DNA of 63,128 nucleotides, filler included, from Octopus bimaculoides (lineage: Eukaryota): assembly GCF_001194135.2 (NCBI RefSeq). It is 6 parts of 5 records of this genome, joined end to end, with 100 filler letters (N's around TTAATTAATTAA, not from the genome) between each part and the next. Parts side by side here need not be neighbours in the genome. Positions count along the whole stretch, not along the records: positions 38,074 to 59,640 come from NC_069007.1; positions 59,741 to 63,128 come from NW_026436544.1; 4 more parts are not named here. One strand, given 5' to 3'. Shown here in pieces: positions 49,952 through 62,398 of the stretch (the stretch's first letter is position 1; the number at the start of each line of letters is the position of its first letter). A model generated the notes under the pieces. That model was not told the origin of the DNA. It saw nothing but the letters and a program-made list of their open reading frames with translations, and did no database searches. The translations under genes and the position numbers were made by a program.

Positions 49952-50337
49952 GTTGTTGTTGGCACTCCGTCGCTTACGACGTCGAGGGTTCCAGTTGATC
50001 CGATCAACGGAACAGCCTGCTCGTGAAATTAACGTGCAAGTGGCTGAGCACTCCACAGACACGTGTACCCTTAACGTAGTTCTCGGGGATATTCAGCGTG
50101 ACACAGTGTGACAAGATTGACCCTTTGAATTACAGGCACAACAGAAACAGGAAGTAAGAGTGAGAGAAAGTTGTGGTGAAAGAGTACAGCAGGGTTCACC
50201 ACCATCCCCTGCCGGAGCCTCGTGGAGCTTTTAGGTGTTTTCGCTCAATAAACACTCACAACGCTTGGTCTGAGAATCGAAACCGCGATCCTATGACCGC
50301 GAGTCCGCTGCCCTAACCACTGAGCCATTGCGCCTCC
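49952..50337 (-). mobile_element. tRNA-SINE family C, full length, (CAA)n tail
   Basis: Reverse complement of the 42643-42977 copy. Confidence 0.85.
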
Positions 50338-51738
50338 ACCTAAGAATGCTAATGTTAGTTTAAAAAGAAAACTTCGCTAAAAAGGAGTTGCTGGATAAAA
50401 AAATAAGTTGTTGGCAAAATAACAGGAACAAAAAGAATGTTTAGGTAAAAAAAAAAATATCAGTTATGATAAATTAAGTACCAGTTGTGTACTGTGATCG
50501 ATCTAATCGACTGGCCCCCTCCCCACAAATTTCAGGCCTTGTACCTAGAGCAGAAAAGACAGGGTTATTTCTGTGTCCCCTTTATTTTGTCGTTGCTGTT
50601 GCTGTTTAACCACAGGTCGCCTCTGATCCATCTTATTTATGATCGGATACGTTCCAGTGGTGACCACTACGTTGTTTTACACATCCAGGACCACATCTAA
50701 ACGTAACTCCCATTTTTATTTCTAAACTAACAAGGTGTCATTTGAGCACGATTTAGCTGTTACTTCTTGCAAGTTTACCAACTACATACGAGCTCGTTCA
50801 TTAGTTCAAACCCTTGATTTTTTATGCAAGTAGAACATCATTTGAGGTTGTCGTAGCTGCTTTTTCATGCAGGAAGGGCAACCGGGTACAGACAGTTTTA
50901 ACAACTTTATAACAAAAGGTAAGATAAAGAAAAAAAAGTAGCGAGGCAGGTGCGTGTGGGAACTGTAAAGCATGGTGTAATATAAAACGGAAGCAAAGGT
51001 ACAAATGGCGTGTTTGATGTCAATCAACAGGTGTGGCTGCTTGAGAAATACGTGTGGGTGGTGGTGACGGTGGTGGTGGTAGTGGCTATGAATCGAGGGT
51101 CGTTTACCATTAAGATAGAATCAACGAACAGTTGGTGGAGGTTAATTATGGAAATGACCAGACAACATATGAATTATATAAAATAAGATTATGAATCAGC
51201 AAAAGAAATCCATAGAAATCAAACACAAGGCAGAAATCCTTATNNNNNNNNNNNNNNNNNNNNNNNNNNNNNNNNNNNNNNNNNNNNNNNNNNNNNNNNN
51301 NNNNNNNNNNNNNNNNNNNNNNNNNNNNNNNNNNNNNNNNNNNNNNNNNNNNNNNNNNNNNNNNNNNNNNNNNNNNNNNNNNNNNNNNNNNNNNNNNNNN
51401 NNNNNNNNNNNNNNNNNNNNNNNNNNNNNNNNNNNNNNNNNNNNNNNNNNNNNNNNNNNNNNNNNNNNNNNNNNNNNNNNNNNNNNNNNNNNNNNNNNNN
51501 NNNNNNNNNNNNNNNNNNNNNNNNNNNNNNNNNNNNNNNNNNNNNNNNNNNNNNNNNNNNNNNNNNNNNNNNNNNNNNNNNNNNNNNNNNNNNNNNNNNN
51601 NNNNNNNNNNNNNNNNNNNNNNNNNNNNNNNNNNNNNNNNNNNNNNNNNNNNNNNNNNNNNNNNNNNNNNNNNNNNNNNNNNNNNNNNNNNNNNNNNNNN
51701 NNNNNNNNNNNNNNNNNNNNNNNNTATATATATATATA

Positions 51739-51786
<48 letters not shown>

Positions 51787-51918
51787 CACACACACACATA
51801 CATATATGTATATATGTAGTAAGACAGTTATGAAGGAAGTTAGCGAAAGTGACGTTATAAAGAATCTCAACGTGGGAGATGTTGCAAACATATCAATAAT
51901 TCATAGCTTCCACACACA

Positions 51919-51962
<44 letters not shown>

Positions 51963-52299
51963 TACAGACAGACAGACAGACAGACAGATCGACAGACAGA
52001 CAGACAGACACACACACACACACACACTCGTAACTACGATACAAACACTGTGATTTGTTTTTATTTTATCGCCTCTATTACCAAAGAACTCCTCACTCAC
52101 TTGCGGGATGTATTGGAGACAATGTCTGTCTGTGTGTCAGTCAGTCTGTCTGAATGTGTGTATATATATATATATATGCTCCGTTGATCGTATCAGCTGG
52201 GACCCTCGTCGTCGTAACCGACGGAGTGCTCCTCCTGTACGTATGTATGTATGTATGTATGTATGTATGTATGTATGTATGTATGTATATTAGATAATG

Positions 52300-53400
52300 A
52301 AACGAATGGTTTATACCGGGTAGGTTACTGGTAAAGCACGGTCACTTTCATAGTGTTCTTTATGTGCATGGTGAACGAAAGACGGAAGATGGAAGATACG
52401 AGAATTTTTTTAATCACTACAACTGTTTCGACACATCTAGCATCGATCCCTCACGTGTGGGATACTTAACAGTTGGTTCAGGAGCATCCGACGGTGCAGA
52501 TGTGTCTCTTCGAGTGATAAATAGATATAACTCGTTAAAATAACAGCTACGCAGTGTATTTTCTCATTTCGTGTAAAGAAAAGCAGCAAATTAAAGGATA
52601 TAGCTTCATTTATATAGAAGATCGATAATAAAGTAACAGATACATAAAAGAAACGAACATGCAATGGATATGGATATATAAACGCCCTCGCATAAGTTGT
52701 ATGGAGCATGTACACTCGCTCATACAAGCATCCCCGAAGTTGTAAGCATAAGCACACGTGTGGTTTGGTGCACATACGTTCATGTAGCGAGTTGAATAGC
52801 TACTTGGTGTTTACAAAATTGGGGAAATTAAAGCAAAACTTAATTCATCCATACCCTAAAGTAAATTATCTTAACAGTTGCTCAAATTCATTCCCACTAT
52901 GTTGTGTGAAAATACTTTTATAAGCATGTAAGCATCTTGAGAGTCTTTCAGGTATATCATAACCACTTCTACTATCACAATTTCTTCGTATTTTGGTACT
53001 TTTCATTGCGGTTTACATCTCTTTCGTTGGTATTTAGATGCGTATGTTTGTTAGATCCAGTAGGTGGGCTATTGAACTGTTGTCGCATTTTACTATTGTT
53101 TATGCGGTGCCTACGCTGCTGTAAGTTAGTAGAGTTAGTGCAGGATACCTTCACAGTGTGCCGATTAAAAGTAGCAAGCTATCTATTAGATTTAGGGAAA
53201 CATTTATTGAAAGTAGCAAAAGAATTTTCCAGCGATCTTGGTTGAAACATGCGAACCGAAAATTGGGTTGTACCAGAGGGCATCATAATTCTCATGTCTG
53301 TTGTTTGGCATATTTGATCTAGTGTGTTGTACAGGAAAGGAACGATCTACTGTGTTACGAGCAATTATTGTGTCGTGTGTGTCTATGAGTTTTCGTTGGT
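52300..53400 (-). mobile_element. Penelope-like element 3' fragment (linker/GIY-YIG region plus tail)
   Basis: LWYNPIFGSHVSTKIAGKFF (cf. WFNPPFS.NV.TNIG..F) and FNRHTVKVS (cf. IFNRNTVKVSYSC). Confidence 0.7.
52414..52517 (-). ncRNA. Hammerhead motif with altered core (UCGAAGA)
   Basis: UCAC-UCGAAGA-GACACAUCU...AGAUGUGUC-GAAAC-AGUU-GUA-GUGA; stems intact, first two core bases deviate. Confidence 0.6.
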
Positions 53401-53750
53401 AGTTCATTGCCTTGACCGAGTCTTCCTGGCCTTTATTTTCGATCTGAGTATGTATATATGTACACACACACATACACACACACATGCACACACATACACA
53501 CACACATAACAATGAAGGTAGCTGGTGACATGTATAAAAGCAATAAAGTTAAATAAATGTGTATTAAATACCACATAAGATAAATACCTAATTTACTGAA
53601 ATTATTTCCCCTTTAGGAGAAAACTATAAACAAATACCTAGTGGAAGTTGCACCCAACTTCAAATGAGATGGGGAGAGAATATTAAAAATCAATAATTCG
53701 CCATCAGTGACATTTCATTACAAAATAAACAGTCTGGAGACAAGATGTCG

Positions 53751-53795
53751 GCTGTAGACATGTGTTTCTGCCTCAGTATGCATCATCAGAACAGC
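53751..53795 (-). ncRNA. Minimal type I hammerhead motif with GUC site
   Basis: GCUGUU-CUGAUGA-UGC(auacugag)GCA-GAAAC-ACAU-GUC-UACAGC; 5-bp stem I after a U.U pair, 3-bp stem II. Confidence 0.65.
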
Positions 53796-54099
53796 AGTTG
53801 TTCTGCCTTGAATGCAATAGACGGGATACTTGACTGGTGGGAGAAAGGGGGATGTTATCCTCAAACTGGACACCTGGTCTGAATGCATGTAACAGAGAAG
53901 ATTCTGCTGAAAGCATCCTCGGGCCAAGATTGGGTGTTAAACCGGGTGAAGGATTAAGAATAATCCAAATTATTTGAATTCAGAATCGGTGTCACCGGAA
54001 TAAATAATACATTGAAAACCGTTTAAAGCTGTAATATTTTCGCCACTTAACTGCACCCCCCCCATTGGTATTTACTTATCGAGTCTCTCTCTTCTCTTT

Positions 54100-54304
54100 T
54101 TCTCTTTTACTTGTTTCAGTCATTTGATTGTGGCTATGCTGAAGCAACGCCTTTTAGTCGAGCAAATCGAACCCAGGACTTATTCTTTGTAAGCCTAGTA
54201 CTTATTCTATCGGTCTCTTTTGCCGAACCGCTAAGTTACGGGGACGTAAACACACCAGCATCGGTTATCAAGTGATGTTTGGTGGGGGTGGGTAACAAAC
54301 ATAG

Positions 54305-54305
<1 letters not shown>
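54100..54305 (-). mobile_element. SINE family A 3' half, running into a gap
   Basis: Matches 47950-48158 in reverse. Confidence 0.8.
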
Positions 54306-54349
<44 letters not shown>

Positions 54350-55677
54350 NNNNNNNNNNNNNNNNNNNNNNNNNNNNNNNNNNNNNNNNNNNNNNNNNNN
54401 NNNNNNNNNNNNNNNNNNNNNNNNNNNNNNNNNNNNNNNNNNNNNNNNNNNNNNNNNNNNNNNNNNNNNNNNNNNNNNNNNNNNNNNNNNNNNNNNNNNN
54501 NNNNNNNNNNNNNNNNNNNNNNNNNNNNNNNNNNNNNNNNNNNNNNNNNNNNNNNNNNNNNNNNNNNNNNNNNNNNNNNNNNNNNNNNNNNNNNNNNNNN
54601 NNNNNNNNNNNNNNNNNNNNNNNNNNNNNNNNNNNNNNNNNNNNNNNNNNNNNNNNNNNNNNNNNNNNNNNNNNNNNNNNNNNNNNNNNNNNNNNNNNNN
54701 NNNNNNNNNNNNNNNNNNNNNNNNNNNNNNNNNNNNNNNNNNNNNNNNNNNNNNNNNNNNNNNNNNNNNNNNNNNNNNNNNNNNNNNNNNNNNNNNNNNN
54801 NNNNNNNNNNNNNNNNNNNNNNNNNNNNNNNNNNNNNNNNNNNNNNNNNNNNNNNNNNNNNNNNNNNNNNNNNNNNNNNNNNNNNNNNNNNNNNNNNNNN
54901 NNNNNNNNNNNNNNNNNNNNNNGTAAATAAATAAATCTGAGACAGTCTGGCATCACATCCAGGGGTTATGTTGTGATCTCGGCCTCTTATATTCCATGGA
55001 AACTGCGTAACCGGCTCTGTAAGTCCTACGACATGAAACAGCTCTTGCTCAATTTTACGTTTCGGTTAAAGAATGGAGGGCAGCACCAAAATCTTTCTAT
55101 ACGCCCTTCGAGATAGATCAAGTAGGAGCGCCGATTCAGACTGTTTGACAATGTTCTGAGTTCAAATTCTGCCTAAGTATACTTTGCCTTTTCGGGGCCG
55201 ATAAAATAAGTACTAGTCGAGCCCTGGGGTCGATGTAAACGAGTTACCCCTTTGGCCGAACTTACTGACCCTGTGCTAAAATGTCAAACTAATGTATGCA
55301 TATACGTATATATCTCACCCTACACACGCGTACACACATATTCGCGTGTGTATGTATATATATGTATGTAACGTGTCCCTATAACTTAGGGAACAGATAC
55401 TAGACATAAAATGAAAAAAATTAATCGATTTGATCAAGGCACTGCCCCAGCATGGCCGGAGTCCAATGACTGAAATAAGCAAACAAATAAAATCTTAAAA
55501 TCATAAAATAATAAAATCTTTATCAAAATCTATTTTCTCCAAAAGAAATATAAAATTAAAGCGGAAACGAAAAACAAAAAGAAAGAAAGCAAGCAAGCAA
55601 GAAAGAAAGAAATAAAGAAAGAAACCCCCTCCTAAAAGACATGAAATGTTGCAGAACAAAATTTTTGCAATTCTCAC

Positions 55678-55958
55678 CTGTAAATGTTGAACTCGTGAAT
55701 ATACGGACAATTTTCGATCCAAGAGAAGGCAGGTTTTGCATACATCCAATAAGCAGACGATACAGCCGTTCTCTTCTTTCTTTTTCTTTCCGTTCTCTTT
55801 CTGCGAGTTCTTCGGGAGTCAATTCCTGCTTCGCTTCTTCTTCTTCTTCCTCTTCGTTCTCATCTTTTTCCTTATCCTTTTCTCTTTCTTTTTCTTTCTC
55901 TTTCTCTTTCTCTTTATCCTTCTCCTTTTCTTTCTCTTTCTCTTTATCCTTATCCATC
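55678..55958 (-). CDS. NWD2: NWD2/NWD1-like first visible coding exon with KE-rich N-terminal extension
   Basis: ggtcag|G ATG..ACA G|gtgag; ...LPSLGSKIVRIFTSSTFT(D) is the conserved family start. Confidence 0.88.
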
Positions 55959-56255
55959 CTGACCGGATCTAATATCGGAGATTATAATAGTAGCAGGAAT
56001 GGCTGCCGTTAAATTATTCTGGTTCAATTCCCGTTCTCTCCTCTTATCATCGTTTCAAATAAAAATCAGAAGAGGCAACAGGAATTGTTGGTAGGGGTGT
56101 AAGTATACACAGACACACACAAACACATAAACACACACACACACACTTATACCTCTCTTCTTTTATCTTTTACTTGTTTCCATCATTGGACAGCTGCCAT
56201 GCTGGAGCACCGCCTTAAAGGGCTTAGTCGAGTACCTATCTATCTATCTATCTAC

Positions 56256-56299
<44 letters not shown>

Positions 56300-57668
56300 A
56301 TATGTGTGTGTGTGTGTATCTCTCTCTCNNNNNNNNNNNNNNNNNNNNNNNNNNNNNNNNNNNNNNNNNNNNNNNNNNNNNNNNNNNNNNNNNNNNNNNN
56401 NNNNNNNNNNNNNNNNNNNNNNNNNNNNNNNNNNNNNNNNNNNNNNNNNNNNNNNNNNNNNNNNNNNNNNNNNNNNNNNNNNNNNNNNNNNNNNNNNNNN
56501 NNNNNNNNNNNNNNNNNNNNNNNNNNNNNNNNNNNNNNNNNNNNNNNNNNNNNNNNNNNNNNNNNNNNNNNNNNNNNNNNNNNNNNNNNNNNNNNNNNNN
56601 NNNNNNNNNNNNNNNNNNNNNNNNNNNNNNNNNNNNNNNNNNNNNNNNNNNNNNNNNNNNNNNNNNNNNNNNNNNNNNNNNNNNNNNNNNNNNNNNNNNN
56701 NNNNNNNNNNNNNNNNNNNNNNNNNNNNNNNNNNNNNNNNNNNNNNNNNNNNNNNNNNNNNNNNNNNNNNNNNNNNNNNNNNNNNNNNNNNNNNNNNNNN
56801 NNNNNNNNNNNNNNNNNNNNNNNNNNNNNNNNNNNNNNNNNNNNNNNNNNNNNNNNNNNNNNNNNNNNNNNNNNNNNNNNNNNNNNNNNNNNNNNNNNNN
56901 NNNNNNNNNNNNNNNNNNNNNNNNNNNNNNNNNNNNNNNNNNNNNNNNNNNNNNNNNNNNNNNNNNNNNNNNNNNNNNNNNNNNNNATATATATATATAT
57001 ATATTTGTGTGTATGTATGTATGTATAGATATGTATCTGTGTATGTATGTATTTATATATGCATGTATGTATGTATGTATGTATGTATGTATGTATGTAT
57101 GTATGTATGTATGTATATTTTAAATGTGTCGTTAGTTGACAATCAAAATTGGTAAATTCGGAGTGGCTTTCTCTAAGCTATTAGCATCTTCATTCCTGAT
57201 ATATAAAAATATATGTTGGTTACAAAATTTTTCATAGTTTCCAATGTAGTCAATAGGTATATCCAGGTGATACACGAAGAGCATGTATATACATTTTATA
57301 TACATATAGATTCATATATACATGGGTATTTTATACACCGGTGTGTTAAAAAATGAGGTTTGCATAAACGTTTCCCACTCGTTGCTTGCTTGCGGTTGGT
57401 TGCTGGGAGTCGCGAGACAAACCAGACACACCTGAAGTTGTTGCTGCTGTTGTTGTTGTTGTTGTTGTGAACGGACCACAAAAAACAACAACAACAGCAA
57501 CAACTTTAATGACCCTAACAACCAAAACAGTAACCACAACAATAAGGACAAGCAAAATGCAACAACAACAACAACAACAAGCCCAGCAGTAAGAGTGTCT
57601 GGCAGCGGATCAATAGACCAAGTAACAAGTTTGGTTGCTGTTACCTCTAAGAACTTGTCGCTTTGTCA

Positions 57669-57700
<32 letters not shown>

Positions 57701-58602
57701 NNNNNNNNNNNNNNNNNNNNNNNNNNNNNNNNNNNNNNNNNNNNNNNNNNNNNNNNNNNNNNNNNNNNNNNNNNNNNNNNNNNNNNNNNNNNNNNNNNNN
57801 NNNNNNNNNNNNNNNNNNNNNNNNNNNNNNNNNNNNNNNNNNNNNNNNNNNNNNNNNNNNNNNNNNNNNNNNNNNNNNNNNNNNNNNNNNNNNNNNNNNN
57901 NNNNNNNNNNNNNNNNNNNNNNNNNNNNNNNNNNNNNNNNNNNNNNNNNNNNNNNNNNNNNNNNNNNNNNNNNNNNNNNNNNNNNNNNNNNNNNNNNNNN
58001 NNNNNNNNNNNNNNNNNNNNNNNNNNNNNNNNNNNNNNNNNNNNNNNNNNNNNNNNNNNNNNNNNNNNNNNNNNNNNNNNNNNNNNNNNNNNNNNNNNNN
58101 NNNNNNNNNNNNNNNNNNNNNNNNNNNNNNNNNNNNNNNNNNNNNNNNNNNNNNNNNNNNNNNNNNNNNNNNNNNNNNNNNNNNNNNNNNNNNNNNNNNN
58201 NNNNNNNNNNNNNNNNNNNNNNNNNNNNNNNNNNNNNNNNNNNNNNNNNNNNNNNNNNNNNNNNNNNNNNNNNNNNNNNNNNNNNNNNNNNNNNNNNNNN
58301 NNNNNNNNNNNNNNNNNNNNNNNNNNNNNNNNNNNNNNNNNNNNNNNNNNNNNNNNNNNNNNNNNNNNNNNNNNNNNNNNNNNNNNNNNNNNNNNNNNNN
58401 NNNNNNNNNNNNNNNNNNNNNNNNNNNNNNNNNNNNNNNNNNNNNNNNNNNNNNNNNNNNNNNNNNNNNNNNNNNNNNNNNNNNNNNNNNNNNNNNNNNN
58501 NNNNNNNNNNNNNNNNNNNNNNNNNNNNNNNNNNNNTATTCATACATATATATATATATGTATATATATATGAATATGCCCCCAGACACAACAGTATATG
58601 AG

Positions 58603-58637
<35 letters not shown>

Positions 58638-59029
58638 TTGCGCATACATATATGAGATGATGATGATGATAGCAATGATGGTGGTGGTGGTGGTGGTGTT
58701 GATGAGGATGATGATGATGATGATGATGATGAAAGCGGTGGTGGTGACGATGGAGGTAGCGACCTGAAGCAATCAGTTCTAGAAATTAGTAACCAGGGAC
58801 TCGAAAAAATATATAAATAAATATAAACAAAAATAAGAGTAAGAATAAAAATGTAAAAAAAAAAAAACAGGAAGAAAAAAATGGAAAAGAAAAGAAAAAC
58901 CAATCTGGTTATTTATTGTTGCAGCGAGCAGATGTAAGATGTCGGTAGTAGCGACACCTGGTGGGTGGTTGTGATGGTGGTGGTGGGGAGAATTTATAAT
59001 GCGTGTGTGTGTGTGGGGGTGGGTGGTTT

Positions 59030-59395
59030 ATGGGAGAAAGTAAAAGAGAGAAAGTGAGAGAAAGACAGATTAGAAAGATAAAACGAGAGAGAGAACAATA
59101 GAGAGAGAGAGAGAGGGGGAGAAAGAGAAGAGAGAGAGTGAAAAAGAGTGAGAGAGGGAGGAAGAGAGAGAAGGAGAGAGAGTGAAAATGAGAAAGAGAG
59201 GGAAGGAGAGAGAAAGAGAGAGCGATAGAGAGAAAAAGAGAGAAAAAGTGAAAGAGAGGGGAAGATAAAGAGAGAGAAAAGAGAAGAGAACGAGAGAGAA
59301 AGAGAGAGAGAGGGCAGAGAAAGAATAAGAGAATGAGAAAGGAGTCAGGGAGAGAGAGAGAGAGAACGAGAAAGGGAGAGAAAGAGAGGATGAGA

Positions 59396-59432
<37 letters not shown>

Positions 59433-59596
59433 AGAGAGAAAAAGTGAAAGAGAGGGGAAGATAAAGAGAGCGAGAGAAAGAAGAGAACGAGGGAGAAAGA
59501 GACAGAGAGAGCAGAGAAAGAATAAGAGAATGAGAAAGGAGACAGGGAGAGAGAGAGAGAGAGAGAACGAGAAAGGGAGAGAAAGAGAGGATGAGA

Positions 59597-59633
<37 letters not shown>

Positions 59634-59640
59634 AGAGAGA
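59030..59640. repeat. (GA)-rich low-complexity tract with internal duplications
   Basis: Direct reading. Confidence 0.9.
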
Positions 59641-59740
59641 NNNNNNNNNNNNNNNNNNNNNNNNNNNNNNNNNNNNNNNNNNNNTTAATTAATTAANNNN
59701 NNNNNNNNNNNNNNNNNNNNNNNNNNNNNNNNNNNNNNNN
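59641..59740. other. Assembly linker gap N44-TTAATTAATTAA-N44
   Basis: Same 100-bp structure. Confidence 0.95.
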
Positions 59741-60417
59741 CAACTAAATCTATTGTTCTCAATGATATGTCTATCTTTCTGGATAGTTATGAAAACAAGA
59801 AACCCCAAGCAAAAATCAAGTAGTCACTTAGCGACAACTGAGCGAGGCGGCTCGTGACAACACAATTAGGGAACGGACTACTAGAATCATGATCACAAGG
59901 AAGGCAGCTACTAAAGACAATGGTCAGCGAGAGAAATGAAATTTACTGTCAGCACCTGTGAGACAATGATCCACAACCCTACAACTTTCACTAACTCTAA
60001 TTCTGTTCTCTTACAACATCATTCTATCGCTATCTGTGGGTTACTGCTAACAATTCGTATACGCCAAACTATGCATAGAAACATTCTACCACATCTTTCT
60101 TTCGCATGCTCTCGGATGTTATAACCTGCCCGTTGAGGTAAGGTATTTTTTTAATGTAACGGTAAATAAATATTTTCTTAAAACTTCATGCATTGTTCAT
60201 CTTTCGCATCCTACAACAGGCCGTTATAACAACAACAAATTTTGATCGTCACAACTGCTGACTCCGACATATCTTAATATTGTTTACTAATCAATTTTTC
60301 CCTCGTTACAAGTGGTGATCCTCGACTTCCACTAAAAACTTTATCGTTACAAACTGGCGATCACGACGTTGCACCATGACACACATCGCTACACTAATTA
60401 AAATCCAACCGTTACAT

Positions 60418-60465
<48 letters not shown>

Positions 60466-60700
60466 ATATATATAAATATATATATATGAAATATATATAT
60501 AATGTATGTACTAAGATAAAACTTACTTGGAAAAGGACGCGTGGCGTTCGATCAAATAATAATATAAATATATCGATATATGCATATATCCATATGTATA
60601 TGTACATACCTACATCTATATGTATACATACATGCATATATGGGTACAGGACATCAAAAAAACGTTAAACACAATGAGAAACGAATTTTAGAACAAGAGA

Positions 60701-61367
60701 TCAGGAAACAACGGTGGTCCTCTGGAGGCAATTGAAGCGCATTTCCCCTATATTTATGTCAGCGCGAATGGAGTAATTAAAGTTGGGCTCATACTTGAAA
60801 GCCCGTAGGTGCCAGTAAGTGCTGTTGGGACTCGTCACACCGCACCCAGCTTCTCGCCGTCGACTGTTCCGCTGCAACGTGGAACATTGCCTATGTTGGT
60901 CGTGGGAAAGTCTCGCAGCAGTAGCAGAAGCCACATTTTCAATGGTAATGGACCGCCCATCTGCATCTTCAGAAGCCAGAGAAGCAGTCATAGCGGCAGC
61001 GTTCCTAGCAAGGCAAGTCATCCGTTGTTCCAAACGTTCAGAACACCTGGAAGCAGCAGTAGCCGCAGCGTTTGTAGCCAGTCGAGTGGCCCTCTGATGC
61101 CCTGGAAGCAGCATTAGCAGCAGCGTTTCTAGCCAGGCGAGTTACCCTTTGTTCTGGGCCCTCTGTAGCCCAGGAAGCAGCATCGTATGAAGCCATGTTG
61201 GCTAGGCGTATGGTATGCTGTTAAAAACTTTCAGCAGCTCGGCATTCCGCTGAACATAAGGCGCTCTGTGAAAGTCTAAAAGGAGTTTGGTCGGAGGACT
61301 CGTTTGCTCTAATCGCTTTTAGCACCAGCGCTGACGCGATATGGCGACTTCACTTTTTCGGTGGCAT
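60701..61367 (-). mobile_element. Helitron RepHel N-terminal fragment, degenerate
   Basis: MPPKK*...IRANESSDQ, repeated RLA.NAAA..ASR.SE units, then AFKYEPNFNYSIRADINIGEMRFNC (cf. AF.YDP..DY....IG.M...C). Confidence 0.7.
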
Positions 61368-62398
61368 TTCATGTCCCAAAGAAAGGGTGAAAGTTACTTG
61401 TACAGAGAAATTGTCTTGGAAAGTATGCGTAAAATTGAAGGGGGAAAAGGTGATAAGAAACGGCAAATAAATAATAAAAAAACTGACAGGTATTTGTATG
61501 TATGTGTGTATTAGTGTGTATTCTCTCTCTCTCTCTCTATATATATATATAGGGTAGTAAGTAAATGTGTTTTAAGAAAGATTTCAAAACATTCACAGTT
61601 TGTAGGGAATAAATGTTTGACTGTCGATCGTATTTGAAAAAAGATTGACAGGTATTTGTATGTATGTGTTTCTTTGTATGTATGTGTGTATTTGTACGTA
61701 TGTATGTATGAGTGTGTATTGTCNNNNNNNNNNNNNNNNNNNNNNNNNNNNNNNNNNNNNNNNNNNNNNNNNNNNNNNNNNNNNNNNNNNNNNNNNNNNN
61801 NNNNNNNNNNNNNNNNNNNNNNNNNNNNNNNNNNNNNNNNNNNNNNNNNNNNNNNNNNNNNNNNNNNNNNNNNNNNNNNNNNNNNNNNNNNNNNNNNNNN
61901 NNNNNNNNNNNNNNNNNNNNNNNNNNNNNNNNNNNNNNNNNNNNNNNNNNNNNNNNNNNNNNNNNNNNNNNNNNNNNNNNNNNNNNNNNNNNNNNNNNNN
62001 NNNNNNNNNNNNNNNNNNNNNNNNNNNNNNNNNNNNNNNNNNNNNNNNNNNNNNNNNNNNNNNNNNNNNNNNNNNNNNNNNNNNNNNNNNNNNNNNNNNN
62101 NNNNNNNNNNNNNNNNNNNNNNNNNNNNNNNNNNNNNNNNNNNNNNNNNNNNNNNNNNNNNNNNNNNNNNNNNNNNNNNNNNNNNNNNNNNNNNNNNNNN
62201 NNNNNNNNNNNNNNNNNNNNNNNNNNNNNNNNNNNGGAAATGATTATATATGTAGTTTTACCGATTTTTTTTTTTCGTAATTAGGAGCTATTTTGACTGA
62301 AAAACTGACCTTATGACCTACGTTATGGTATTTGGAATATTAATTCCGATTTTTTCATCCACAAACTTTGGAATTGTGTAAATGTATAAATTTTAAAC

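Noticed and set aside
60809-61117. Plus-strand ORFs overlapping the GC-rich region
   Set aside because: Antisense shadows of the Helitron fragment.
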